Shown here piece by piece: positions 23,119-36,071 of a stretch of 64,000 bases of DNA. The DNA is taken from contig CM120643.1 in NCBI GenBank assembly GCA_051362555.1, forward strand, positions 4,960,001 through 5,024,000, given 5' to 3'. The position numbers were made by a program, and so were the translations under genes. How positions within the stretch are numbered: position 1 is the stretch's first letter; every line of letters begins with the position of its first letter. The stretch comes from Lingula anatina. Taxonomy: Eukaryota > Animalia > Brachiopoda. The notes below the pieces were generated by a model, which saw only the letters and a program-made list of their open reading frames with translations, had not been told where the DNA came from and searched no databases.

Positions 23119-25400
23119 TAAGTGACCCTTTTCAAAAATAATAATTTCTCAGGTACAACATATAGTGGCAATGGTCACAATGGGATTGAAGAGAATCGCC
23201 AGTGTAGCAATATCGTTGTTGCACTGACCTGTGCTGATGATGTAAGGTTGAGATGAGTTCAGCTGATCAGAATACATACAGACTCATTCAATGTCACAAC
23301 AGACAATGCATAGGCATCAGAATGTACACATGAAATTTTGTCCATATAAGGACCTTTGCTAAGCGCACACCAGCCCCCAATTCCCAACAGTTCACATTAA
23401 CCCTTGTCACCTTCAACATATCTAAAACTGATTTGGATCTAAGTGACCAAAATGAGAATTTCTCTGGTACAACATATAGTGGCGATGGTTGCAATACGAT
23501 TGAGAAGAATCACCAGTATGGCAATATCGTTGTTGCACTGACCTTTGCTGATACTGTGAGGTTGAAGAACTAGATGGTGAACAGATGAGTTCAGATGTCC
23601 TCAGTGTGACGATAATCCAGGAAACACACCTTCATCTCTACTGAAAACAGATAATGCATCATCAATAAAAATATATATATGTAGACACATACAGTAGTTA
23701 TAACACAGAAATAACACAGTGATCAAAATATATTATTATATTATATAAATAACACATACAGCAACAATAAAGACAAAGACAGTGATAAGAATACATATAG
23801 ACACATTCAACGACAAACAGACAATGAACAGTCATGAGAATTTATTTATGAAATTTTGTATGTATAAATATATTTGCTAAGCGCATCCCCCCCCCCCAAC
23901 CCCGAACAGTTTACATTAACCCTTGTCACCTTGAATATATATAAAACTGAGTGGGATCTAAGTGTCCTTTTTCCTAAATGATAATTTCTCAGGTACAACA
24001 TATTATAATAAACACATACAGCAACAATAAAGACATAGATATTAGAATACATACAGACACATTCAATGTCTCAACAGACAATGCACAGGCAGCAAGGTGT
24101 ATACTTGACATATTGTTTATATCAAGATTTTTGCTAAGCAAACCCCCCCTCTCTCAACAGTTCACATTAACCCTTGTCACCTTGAACATATTAAAATCTG
24201 ATCTGGATCTCGATGACCCATTTACAAATGATAATTTCCCAGTTATAACATATAGTGGCGATGGTCACAATGGGATTGAATAGAATCACCATATTGTAGC
24301 AATATCCTTGTTGCACTGACCTTTGCTGATGCTGTGAAGTTGAAGAAGTAGATGGTGAACAGATGAATTCAGCTGTCCTCAGTGTGATGATAATCCTGAA
24401 TATGCACCTTCATCTCTACTGAAAACAAATAATTAATCATCAATAAAATATATACATATATAAAAGACATATAATGTCCTTACAACACAGACATAACACA
24501 GTGATTAAAATATATTACTATACTATAATAGACATACTGGTATATACAGCGACAATAAAGACATTTTGCCTATATCAAGATTTTTGCTAATCAATCCCTT
24601 GCCCCCAGAGGCCGAAAAGTTTACATTAACCCTTGTTACCTTGAACATATATAAAACTGAGTGGGATATATTAGTGACCCTTTTCCAAAATGATAATTTT
24701 TCAGGTACAACTTATAGCGGCAATGGTCACAATGGGATTAAAGAGAATCGCCAGTGTAGTAATATCATATTGTTGTAGTGACCTAGCTGTGATGAGGCTG
24801 CGAGGTTGAGATGAGTTCAGGTGTCCTCAGTGTGATGATAATCCAGGAAACACACCTTCATCTCTACTGAAAACAGATAATATATCATCAATAAAAATAT
24901 TTATAGACACATAATCTTAAAAAACTTTCTTTAGTAGGGTTATTCACTTGCAGATATTTTTCTCTTAATTCTGTATATGCTACACGTCATTAAAAAATGG
25001 TATTCGTCTTCAACATCATAAATATTATGTTTTTTACAGATGAAACAGAGTCTATTGCATCTTTCTATACCTCACCATTTAGTAGGTGATTTGCACATCT
25101 GAATCTTGCTAGTGAGGTTCTGTGTTTTACATTTTTAACGCTTAATAAGTAACACTCCAGTGTTAATGTACTCTTAAATAATGAATAAGTATCCAGTTTG
25201 CTGCTCCTACATATGTCACTGTGCCATATTTGGCCAGCATAATCTACTAATCATTCTCTGAAAACTTTAATAAATAAAACAGAATTTCCCACATCCTGAG
25301 CCTCCGAGACATATCCAAATCCATATCTGTATAACAGTGTTTTAACATCTGTGGCCCAAGTGGGCCTTCCACTTGAATCTAATTTAAATAGCATATCATA

Positions 25401-26410
25401 GATCGCATTCACAACGAGTTGAGCCAGGCTTTACAAATCCTGGGGACTAAATATGGCGGTCGTACATGAAAGAAAAACCGCCTAATCTTTTAATAGTCCT
25501 CCGCCTCTCACACGCCTCCCCACACGTCATTAAATCTCGGCTCCATTAGGACGACACATGGGGAGGCGTGTGAGAGGCGGAGAGACTATTAAAAGATTAG
25601 TCGGTTTTTCTTTCATGTACGTCCGCCATATTTAGTCCCCAGGTCCCCGTTTCACAAAGAATCTTAAATCCGTAGTCGACTAGCTCGGGCTGGGTGACCT
25701 AGCTAGGTCGACTACGCTGAAGTCGACTAGGAGTGTTTCACAAAGAATCTAACGTCTTAGCTTGGCGTGCTTACCGTAGTCAATGTGCACGAGAAACTCT
25801 TCAAGAAAAAAAAATTTCAAAAGTTTCACAAGACATGACATTTCATGGCCTGTTTCGGCCGAGAACGATCATTTATCAACAATAAAAATCAGCCAAAACA
25901 CAAACAAAGTTTATTTTTGAACTTTACTGATTAGTTTAACTTCGATACAACTTCAAAGTAATAGTTAAACATTAACATGTCGTGTAACACTGCTGACGGA
26001 CGTCTAGCGGTCAAAATCATAAAGAAACACGCGATCGGCTGGGTGAAGTGGCATTTTATTTTTTATTTCAATATTCCATAAATGTCAGTGTTATTCAAGG
26101 ATATTATGACACAATATCTTGAAGGAGGTATGTTCTTTCCAAATTTTTGTTGTTTATGCTCTCATTTACCGACTTTTAGTTGAGCTTGCCGACTTAAGTC
26201 TCCTCCCGAGGAGGCTAGACATCGTCGACTAGCAGCTAAGAAAAAACGATGTAAGCGACCTTTTAGATTCTTTGTGAAACGGGACTTAGTGACGTAACGA
26301 CTTAATTACGTTGGTAACCAAGCTCTTAGTCGGGGAAACCGACTTAAGTTTTTTTGTGAAACGGGGGCCAGGATTTGTAAAGCCTGGCTCAACTCGTTGT
26401 GAATGCGATC
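25401..26410. mobile_element. Foldback MITE (family C) inserted in the LINE, with a 3-bp ATA TSD
   Basis: TIR GATCGCATTCACAACGAGTTGAGCCAGGCTTTACAAATCCTGG at both ends. ATA at 25398-25400 and 26411-26413. Excision restores the LINE codons RVYDML. Confidence 0.9.
25643..26368. mobile_element. Harbinger-like non-autonomous element (726 bp) nested in the family C MITE, with a CAG TSD
   Basis: TIR G(T/C)CCCCGTTTCACAAA. CAG at 25640-25642 and 26369-26371. Excision restores the right arm of the host MITE. Confidence 0.88.
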
Positions 26411-28987
26411 ATATACACGAGCAGGATAGCGATCTTCATTCACATGTACAAGCTTTAACCAATATTTAATGCTATTTACCATATAATTGGTATACAAATT
26501 ATGGATATCTTCCGCATTCGCCTAGTACAGCTTCCGTCACAGTATTTGAACTAACACCTAATAAATATCTACAAAATTTTGCTTGGAAGATTTCAATACT
26601 TTCTACCGGTTTATAACCCCATATCTCAGCACCATAGAAAAGAATGGGTGTTATCATTCTATCAAAAAGAAAGAAAGCTTCCTTAAAGGAAATACATTGT
26701 TTTTTTTTCAAATATAACTTAACAACAAATAATGCTTTATTGGCTTGGTTGATTTGATGTTGGATAGTTTTACCCCAACCAAGGAAGGCACCAAAATATG
26801 TTCCTAAGTATTTATATGCAGGTACTGCTTCTAATTTTTTTGCCCTTGAAAAACCACCTTTCATTTTTCTTTATTTTACCGCCTCTCCTAAATACTACTA
26901 TTTTTGTCTTTTAGACATTTACTATCATACCATACTGGCTGCAATATTTTTCTAATTGATGGATTTTTTTTTCTGTAACCCCCCAACAGTGTCTGAAATG
27001 CATACAATGTCATCAGCATAAAGCAAAGACATGAGATTTGGAAACACCTCATTTATGTAAATACCCTGACATCCAGCCTTGTGCAAACTATGATAAAATT
27101 CATTTAAAGGACTTAACATGCATCCTTGTCGAGTGCCCATGTTACATTAAAAATACTCAGTAAGGCCTAAATTTGTTAGAACACATGATTGCAGTTGGGA
27201 ATACATAGAGCGTAAAACTGTGACGACATGTCCGTTTACACATTTTTTTGCAAGTACATACCATAATAATTTGTGTTGAACACTATCGAAAGTGGCTGAG
27301 AAATCTATAAAAATACAGTAGCATCTGCCTTTTCTTCGACTTAAGTATTTTTGTACGCAACCCTGCAATGTAAAAATGTGATCGACAGTGGAGTAACCAA
27401 TTTTATAGGTGGCCTGAGCTTCAATCGTTATTTTCCACTGCCCAATTATTAAATCTGTTACTCAAAATTTTCATAAATATTTTTCCCATGACATTCAAAA
27501 GCGCAATTCCTCTATAATTTGTTGCCACATTTACATTTCCTTTTTTGAGCAATGGGTACAGAATGGCATTGCACCAGCTAGAGGGAAATTTTCCACTTAT
27601 TAATACAGTATCATAAAGATTTAACAACAATGGTGATAAATGGTTGAAGCCATATTTAAACATTTCAATCACTAATCCATCTGGACCTGGAGATTTTCCA
27701 TTTTTCATGGTGCGTACAACATTTGATGGTTCATCCATAGTGAATGGCTCATTTAGAGTATTGCAACTGTTTAAAGGCTGTATGTGCTCAAACCATTCAG
27801 TATACTGTTCGATATATGTTACGAAGCTCTTTTCTATGTCATTTACGTTTTCATTTAAAAACTTGTAAAAATGATTTTGCCATGCTTGTGGGTTGATATT
27901 ATTCTTTTTAATAGACTGAGCACTTTTCAGAGACTTTATATAATTCCACATTTCCTTTTTGGTTTTTAAAGCGTGCAATTGCTTGACTTCCTTTGCAGTG
28001 TAAGAATTTTTCTTCATTTCACACAGTGCCTTAAACTTACTCTTACATTCCTTATATTTTTTTAAATCATTTCGATTATTTGACTTCCTGAAATCATTGA
28101 GACATTTGAATTTAAGTTGTTTTAATAGATCACATTCTTGATCCCACCACCTAGGTTGATTTCTTTGAACTTTGCTTTCCCTGGCTAAAAAGAGAGTACC
28201 TGACCGTTGTAGTAGACCCTCTAACATTTGTTCAGCATTGTTCACATCATTCATCTGCAATAAGTAATTGAAATGGCCTAAACTAAAGATATTATTGTTT
28301 TGTAAATTATCAAGGAACCTATTTGCTTTTTTGTTGTTCCATTTGTACAGTTTGGGCTTGCATGTGCTTATTGCATTTTCGGGTTCATTTGAAACATCCC
28401 TGCACTGGACTTGACATGAGATGGGGAAATGATCTGATATATTTAAAGGTAGAACCTCAAATGCATCTACACACATGAAAAGGTCTGTATGTAACAAAAT
28501 ATATGCTCTAGAGATGTTATATGGAATAAACTCGTCCACGTGATGTTTGCTGGTCAGAGACATGGGTCAGTTGTTTTCCGTGAATAGTTGACCGATCCCT
28601 GCCTATATAATGCACATGGCAGTCCTTCCCGTCCATTGTTCAGTCATGGCAGATGTCTATACAGCAAGGAGTGGATATTGCGACTTTCAATATAAGAATG
28701 GATAGCCAGTCTACATATAGTTATCCCTATTTTTTGGACATACCTGACAATGGTGCATTTATAATACTGTATTAATAAGAGCAGGTAGAAAATTGTGTAG
28801 AAATTTCACAGCTTTACTTTGACATTTCGGAAGATGAATTTCTGAACGCAAGCCAGGCAGCAGAGCTTTCGTATTTGGACTCAAGCAGACGCAGGTTGCC
28901 ACAGCTGATAAGGTGAGCATATCAAAAATATATACGGTAGATTAAATATCTGAAATCCCCAGGAAAATAGGGTATACTTATTACACT

Positions 28988-29027
<40 letters not shown>

Positions 29028-29169
29028 TCCACACGTGCTCTATTATATTGCTTGTAGGCATATGATACACGTGGGTGGGGCGTAGACTACTGTACAGATA
29101 CAAGGCATATTACAAAAGTTGTTGTCAAATGTAGAATTAACTATAACTATAACTATTAACTGTATTACT

Positions 29170-29600
29170 TCCTATTCAAGTTCAATAGTAATTATGGACC
29201 TACAGGTATCTCTACCAGTTTTAGAGATAAAAGGGAACCAAAATTTGCAAAGTTCAGTTCATGGAAAAAGTAGGTCAAAGGTCAATTTTAAGGTCACAGT
29301 TAGATTGCCAGTATATGACTTCCTATTTAATTTCAATAGTACCCGGTAACTATGGGTATTTCTTTGCCAGTTTTGGAGATATAATTAAGGGACTTAAATG
29401 TTGCAAAGTTCAGTTCATGGTGAAAAGTAGGTCAAAGGTCAATTTCAAGGTCACAGTTACATTGCCAGAATGTAACTTCCTATTCAACTTAAATAGTAAC
29501 TATGGACCTATCTCTGCCAGTTTTGGAGATATAAGGGACTAAATGTTACAATTTTGGAGTTACAATAATGTACCATAAATTTCCTACAGAAAAAATTGAT
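29170..29600 (+). repeat. 146-bp repeat units (partial Helentron-type element)
   Basis: Same unit as at 30.0-30.7 kb and 36.2-37.4 kb, containing AGTAGGTCAAAGGTCAATTTCAAGGTCAC. Confidence 0.8.
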
Positions 29601-29603
29601 TAA

Positions 29604-29779
29604 AACTAGAGGATCAGAGAGGCGATACCGCCTCTGGATATTGTACCACCAGCTGGAGTAAGCACATTCGTAAGGACACCCCCCAAAAAAAAATAATAAA
29701 AAAAAATTGGACACCACCACCAGTCTTGTGCTTGACAAGCTCTATAAAATGCAATAAACAAGAGTTCTCAAAATATGCA

Positions 29780-29821
<42 letters not shown>

Positions 29822-31550
29822 AAAAAACATAACAGTTAAAATGGTCCAATCAAGGAGATGTTCAAATTGACCTATATTTTCCTAACACTGATCACTCCTG
29901 TGATTTTCTAGACAATAGGCCTATTGGTTTTCCTTGAAATGCATTATCAGTATTGCATATACCGGTATGCTGACAAAAGAGAAAACCTAGGGACAACACT
30001 GAGCAGATCTCTGCTAGTTTTGAAGATATGAAGGGCACGAAAATATGCAGAGTTCAGTTTGTGGTAAAAAGGTAGGTCAAAGGTCAATTTCAAGGCCACA
30101 GTATATGACTTCCTATAAAGGTTCAATAGTAGCTATGGGCATTTCTTTACCAATGTTGGAGATATGAAGGCCAGGAAACATGCAAAGTGCAGTTCAACAT
30201 AAATAGTAGGTCAAAGGTCAATTTCAAGGTCACAGTAAGATTGCCAGTTTATGACTTTCTATTCAAGTTCAATAGTAACTTTGGACCTATCTCTGCCAGT
30301 TTTCGAGATATAAGGGATAGAAAATTTGCAAAGTTCAGTTCATGTTGAAAAGTAGGTCAAAGGTCAATTTCAAGGTCACAATAAGAATGCCAGTATATGA
30401 CTTCCTATTCATGTTTAACAGTAACTATGGGTGTATCTCTGCCAGTTTTGGAGACATAAGGGCTGGAAAATTTGCAAAGTTCAGTTCATGGTGAAAAGTA
30501 GGTCAAATGTCAATTTAAAGGTCACAGTTAGATTAACAGTATATAACTTCCTATTCAAGTTCAATAGTAACTATGGGCGTATCTTTGCCAGTTTTGGAGA
30601 TATAAAGATCAGAAAACTTCAAAGTGCAGTTCATCATGAAATGTAGGTCAAGGGTCAATTTCAAGGTCACAGTTAGATTACCAGTATATGACTTCTTACT
30701 CAAGTTCAATAGTAACTATGGGCATATCTCTGCTAATTTTGGAATATTTATCATTTTCCCCACTGAATATTGCAATGTTGTAATTTTTGATATAGCGCAA
30801 TGCCTAAACCATATCGAAAACAAAAAAATGGACACCACCTCCAGTATTGCACTTGACAAGTTCTACAAAATGCGATGAACAAAAGGTTTCTGGCATTTAC
30901 CATTCCAGAATAAAAACAAGTTTTCAGTTTCGGGATCTAATGGCTGCTTCTCCCGTGAAAATGCACCGATTGACCCCAAACTCCCAAAGATGAAAGGAGT
31001 CCCCAATTGTAACCCCTCACTGTAACAGGAGAGCTTAGATCTGTGTAGTTTCCAAAAAATAGCACAAACAAATATTTTTTTGCAGAAAATTCCCATTTTT
31101 TAGAAAATTTTGGCTTGTTTGACCTTGAAAAAAAGGTCAAAAGTCAAATCCAAGGGCATATTTGGAATCTCCACATATGAGTTTCGGTCAGACTTCTGTA
31201 GTAATTTTTCCCATAATTCCTTTGGTTTGGGAGATATTTAGCCTTGAATTTTCAAAAATTTTGACAAGGGTGCGTTTCAACAAGTGTCACGCCCAGGCCA
31301 ATGCACCGACAGAGATAAAAAAAACAGGGTGTTCAAGTTGAGATTATATGTGACCTAAATCCAAGAGATGGGGACACAGGTCCTGGCGGTCTAGGAGGAG
31401 AAGCGGTAACGGTGACTTGTTTCCGGCGCCCGACTGCGGAGCCGCAGGAGCCGGCGGAGCCGCAGGAGCCGGCGTGGCCCGGCGGAGCTGTACGAGATGG
31501 GTCGGGACTAAAACCATGAGTACCGCCAGCGTATACGCTGGTGGTACTAA
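29604..31550 (+). mobile_element. Non-autonomous Helentron/Helitron2-type element with an internal 146-bp tandem array
   Basis: Head AACTAGAGGATCAGAGAGGCGATACC is shared with 36072. About 5 array units are followed by a GC-rich (CGGAGCCGCAGG) mini-repeat and the terminal hairpin GTACCGCCAGCGTATACGCTGGTGGTAC (31520-31547). Confidence 0.7.
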
Positions 31551-32365
31551 TAAAGAAAAGGTCATTTTGGTTGAAATTCTTGAAATGGGAGGTGCTCAGA
31601 AGTTCCAGATATTCACATTTCATGAAATAATGTCATTTTTGACCAGAAGTTGTCTGCCTCGCCAAGCCTTATGTTTTATTTTCCAGGGGTTCCAAATTTA
31701 TTATCCATTACAGTATTGCACATTTAGCTTTCACCACCACAATACAGAATAACTCGAAAACCGTATGGAATACAAAAAAACGGAGACCACCTCCAGTGTT
31801 GGGCTTTACATGCTCTACAAAATGCAAAAAAAGAATGGGTCTCTAGCATTAACGGTTCCCGAATTAGACACAGTTTTCAGTTTCCGTATATCTTATGGCA
31901 GCTACTCCCGTGAAAATGCACCGATTGACCCCAAATTCAGGGAGATGAAAGATGACCCTAAGGGTAACATTTTCCAATAGTATTATTGGTTAAGACTGTG
32001 TAGTTTCTGAATATCAGCGCAGAAAAAATTTTTTTTCGTAAAAAATTTCGTTTTTTTGAAAATTTTGGCTCGTTTGACCTTGAAATAAAGGTCAAAGGTC
32101 AAATCCAAGAGTATATTTGAAATCTCCACATGTGACTTTCAGTCAGCTGTCTGTAGAAATTTTTCCCATAATTCCTTCCATAAGGTAGATAATTAGCATT
32201 TAATTTTGCCATTTTTGGACAAGGGTGCATTGCAATGAGTGCCACACCTAGACCACAGCACCAACAAAGCCCAAATTTTACATGGAACGAGTTGAGATTA
32301 TAGGTGACCTAAATCCAAGAGATGTGTATGGGGGCCCTTACCGTCTAGGAGGAGAAGCGGTAACG
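31551..32365 (+). mobile_element. Partial copy of the same Helentron-type family
   Basis: Closely matches 37427-38231 and is related to 30760-31410. Confidence 0.7.
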
Positions 32366-34441
32366 CAGTCTTCATGAATAAATTTTCAAGCTAGTGGACA
32401 TTTGGTCCACCAAGACTGCAATTCCTACTGGACCGAACAAACTTTTATTGGACCAACTCTTTATAATTTTTTTTAAAAGAAAATAATAAATAAGGTGCTG
32501 ACGTCTTTGTACCAAATTTATTTTTCAACAGTTTGTTTTGTTTTTTGTAATATTCCCTGCAGAACATTGACAGCATAGAAAATACATGGTTGTATGACAT
32601 TTCATCATCAGCCTCATCAAATTTCATTAAATATACAGGCAAAAAGCAGAAAAACAAATAATGCACATAATAGGAGACTGCCATTTCTGAGGCAATAATA
32701 CACTACGGTAAAAAACTTGAAAATTTCGTCACTTAAAAATAAATTAATATTTTAATGTGTGTAAATCCGACAAATTTTTCAAAGTTACGTCTCCCCAACT
32801 CCTGGGTATGACAAAATTTTCAGAACTCCGACCTTCGGGCTTTTATCCTTACCTGCTTTTATCCTTGTCTCTCATATATTGTGGCATATTTATCACTACT
32901 AGTACTTCTTAAGTCATTTTCTGGTGGTAAATAATAATCTATTTATTAGTGTACATGTATCTAGATTAACTTATATTAATTTATCCGAAAATTAAGTTGA
33001 GAATTGTCTTTTCAGTAAGAAACATACCTCCTGATAGAGGAGAGGGATTAAGATAAGCCTAATTGCAACCTTGCATTATAAACTGGATGTGGCATATTTC
33101 ACAAATTAAGCACCTCGCAATGTTTGTTGCATGCAGGGCTTTTCCAAAGATTGCATGGGTACGTGTCAAACCTTCTAAAATTACCATCTGTAACTTCCTA
33201 AGAAATTAGAGGGAGTCCAACTTTTCCAAGTGCTGTGAGTGTGGGCAGGGGGGAAGTATATATCTTCTTAACCAACCAAGCTAGATAATCACACAACATG
33301 ATTAAGTATATCAATAGAAAGGCTAAACTTGACATCTTTATCTATGGGTATGCGGCATATATGTAAACCTGGGCCGTCAATCTATAATCCTCATATTGGT
33401 CAGCTGTGTCATACTGTAGAAATAACCCAGAGATAAGGTGTTCAGAAATTTGTCCTATCTTCTTAACCGATATTCTCAAAAAGCATGTTGCAAATCAATA
33501 AAAGCTTAATTAATTTCAGATCATTATTTAAAAACATATTATAATCGTTACAAAAGAGATCTAACGCATATCTTAGGCCTCGTCTCTATAACCTTAGAAC
33601 TATAAGTTTCCCACAAATACACAAGTTTAGACGGCATAATCCGTTAGCACTCTTTGGCAGCAACAGAATTGCATCAAAAATCTTAATCTGTATTAAATTA
33701 TCAAAGACATCCCAATTATAATTGATACATAAACCATAACCCCTACCAAGTATTAATCCATGGCAAAGCTTAGATCTAACGAATGAACACAATCTTCCAG
33801 TGCTTGAAAGCTCTAATTAGTATTGATGCTGTTCTAATCTTTCCCTTGAAGTGGTAAATTGGAATGGGGATATTAGCCTTAAATTTTGCCAAAGTGAGTA
33901 TGACGTTGTATAACAATAAATCGCATTGGTATGCTTAGTTATACTAGAAGTCATACTGGATCTGTCCTCTACCTTTAGTCACTCAAATTGATTGGAACGG
34001 GATAAATAACACACCACTATGGGAGTGAATGAGGAGCCCCCCCAACCCAGCCCCCACCCCCCAAACACACAATCACCCATATCATAACAATGATGCAAAG
34101 TAGTGATACTAGTAAAATCCTACAATATTTTTTTTTTCAATATTAAATTTTATTAGATGATTGAATACAACAATAATTAAAGAACCATATGATGATACTG
34201 AATTATTATAAAGACATGGAGGAAGCAGGGTGAGCATATATGCTCGAAGTTTTGTCGGAGAGTTCAACTCACTGCCCTGTGAAGCATGCATAGTTTTGTG
34301 GCCTGAGGTGCCGTATCCGTTACTTTGTGACCTGACCTGCCAAAAGCAAGGCTCATTGCACATTGAACAATACACTTACGGTCATCACGCGACAACGCAA
34401 GGCAATCCTGTGATACGGAGTACAGAGCTGTGAAAATTGAT

Positions 34442-34615
34442 GGGGGCGTCTCGATAGTCCGAAGGTTCATTGGTCCGAAGGTTCATTGGTCCGAAAAGTG
34501 GTAACATTTTCATCGATTTTTAAATCAAGGGTTCATTGGTCCGAAGGTTCTATAGTGAACATTCGGACCAATGAACCTTCGGACTATTGAACCTTCCGAC
34601 TATCGCTATGGCCCC
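34442..34615. mobile_element. MITE (174 bp) with an 8-bp TSD (AAATTGAT) and internal GGTTCATTGGTCCGAA repeats
   Basis: AAATTGAT at 34434-34441 and 34616-34623. The arms are inverted (CGATAGTCCGAAGGTTCA / TGAACCTTCCGACTATCG). Confidence 0.8.
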
Positions 34616-35394
34616 AAATTGATAAGCCTTGATTACATCTGCCACAGGTGCAGCAAGATATAAGTGTATATATTTTTCCGTATGATTTTTTTTTTTCAAA
34701 ACTGTAAGTATAGTTACGGGCTACAGCTAATACAACGTGCAGGATCCGTGCCATTTCCCCAACATTATCTCAATATATCATGTGTAGAAAATTGTATTTC
34801 ATTTGAAAAAGGATAATCCGGAGCCCTTTCATTCTCATTGCAGTTGTCGCATGATTAAGATCAACATGCTGTTGATACAGCCCCTACGATTTTTTTCAAC
34901 CTTGTATTCAGATTTAGAAAAACTGCAATTTCACATTTATGCAAATGAATTATACCAAGCAGTTGTACAACTCCTTTATTACAATAACATTTAAACATCT
35001 TAACTATTCTTATATCTCCTAAACCACTGAATAAGGAAGGGAAAGAGACCTACAACAGGTTCTACTATTGTCACAATCGCCTCAAGTCCACCGAATATTC
35101 CCTGTGCAGGAACTGCGCAATGACATCTACGATATTGTTGTGGTCTACAGGCTTATGATTGATAAAAGTTTGACAAAATCGTAGAGGCTATGGAGGCTGT
35201 GAATCTGTACGATTTTGATGAGCTTTGCATGGTCACCGTCTGCCTCCAAACAGACACCGTACGATAACAGATTTACCATCATTTTTATATAATCAACTAC
35301 CAATATTGTTAAGATTTAAAAAATGCTAAAAGATCATTTTCACGTATCTAATTAGTTCAATAATGAGACTGTTAACATGCCTAAGAATCAAATC

Positions 35395-35970
35395 TGGGGA
35401 AAAACTTTTATAAAAAAGGCATAACTTCATCAAAATTAAACCAATCAAACTTATTTTCAAACTTGATCTGTATATTAGTAAGACTGATCACTCCTGTAAG
35501 TTGCAAGACAGATTGGTTTTCCTTGCAGGCTGATTGGTTTTCCTTGAAATTTGTTATCAGTGCTATATGCTAAAGAAGCGAAAAAAACAGCATAACTTTT
35601 TTAAAAATGGCCCATTTATGCTGATTTTCAAATTCCACTTGAGTTTTATAAAAATTCATCAGTTCTGTAAGTTTGCAGCCAAAAGGTTAAATGGTTTCCC
35701 ACTTATTGTGTTATCGGTGTTGCATATATGCTGAAAAAAAGTGAAAAAAAAGCATAACTTTTGAAAAAATGCCCCAATCCTGATGATTTTCGAACTTGAC
35801 CTGCGTTTTATAAATATTCATCTGTAAGTTTCAATAAAGAAAGAAAAAAAAAAAAAAAACTGTGTTCCACTTAATAGTCTTATCCTGTTATCGGTGAAAG
35901 TGCATGGTGACGACAGACACAGGTGATGGCTATATGTACTAGTACAGACACATATCTGTGTCTGTACATA
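35395..35970 (+). mobile_element. Degenerate HINE-like element with ~120-bp repeats and a terminal hairpin
   Basis: Repeated GCATAACTT...AACTTGA units and the hairpin GTACAGACACATATCTGTGTCTGTAC. Related ends occur at ~39290 and ~42840. Confidence 0.5.
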
Positions 35971-36071
35971 TAACTTTCACTTATATGAAATCTATATGTG
36001 CACTAAAATGCAGCAGAGGTTAAGGCATGCAAAACTGTCCCAAGGCAGTAAAATATCACATGGAAATAGAC

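Larger units (their letters stand above)
20881..24912. repeat. Right, diverged continuation of the exon-like module array
   Basis: The same modules (CCCTTGTCACCTTGAACATA...TCTACTGAAAACAGA) recur near 20.9, 21.9, 23.1, 23.4, 23.9, 24.2 and 24.6 kb with many substitutions and indels. Confidence 0.9.
24915..28480 (-). pseudogene. Decayed, 5'-truncated APE-type LINE ORF2 (endonuclease tail, reverse transcriptase and C-terminal region; CR1/L2/RTEX-like)
   Basis: Frameshifted ORF pieces 27421-28563, 27147-27368, 26952-27140 and 26499-26864 contain SDHFPI, GKSPGPDG, NYRGIALLNVMGKIF, FIDF..FDSV, GTRQGCMLSP, LLYADD and YKYLG. The sequence continues after the MITE with LARFRCANHLL. Confidence 0.9.

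Noticed and set aside
31333-31752. GC-rich overlapping ORFs (Ala/Gly/Pro-rich)
   Set aside because: They arise from the GC mini-repeat near the Helentron-type terminus and run across an element junction.
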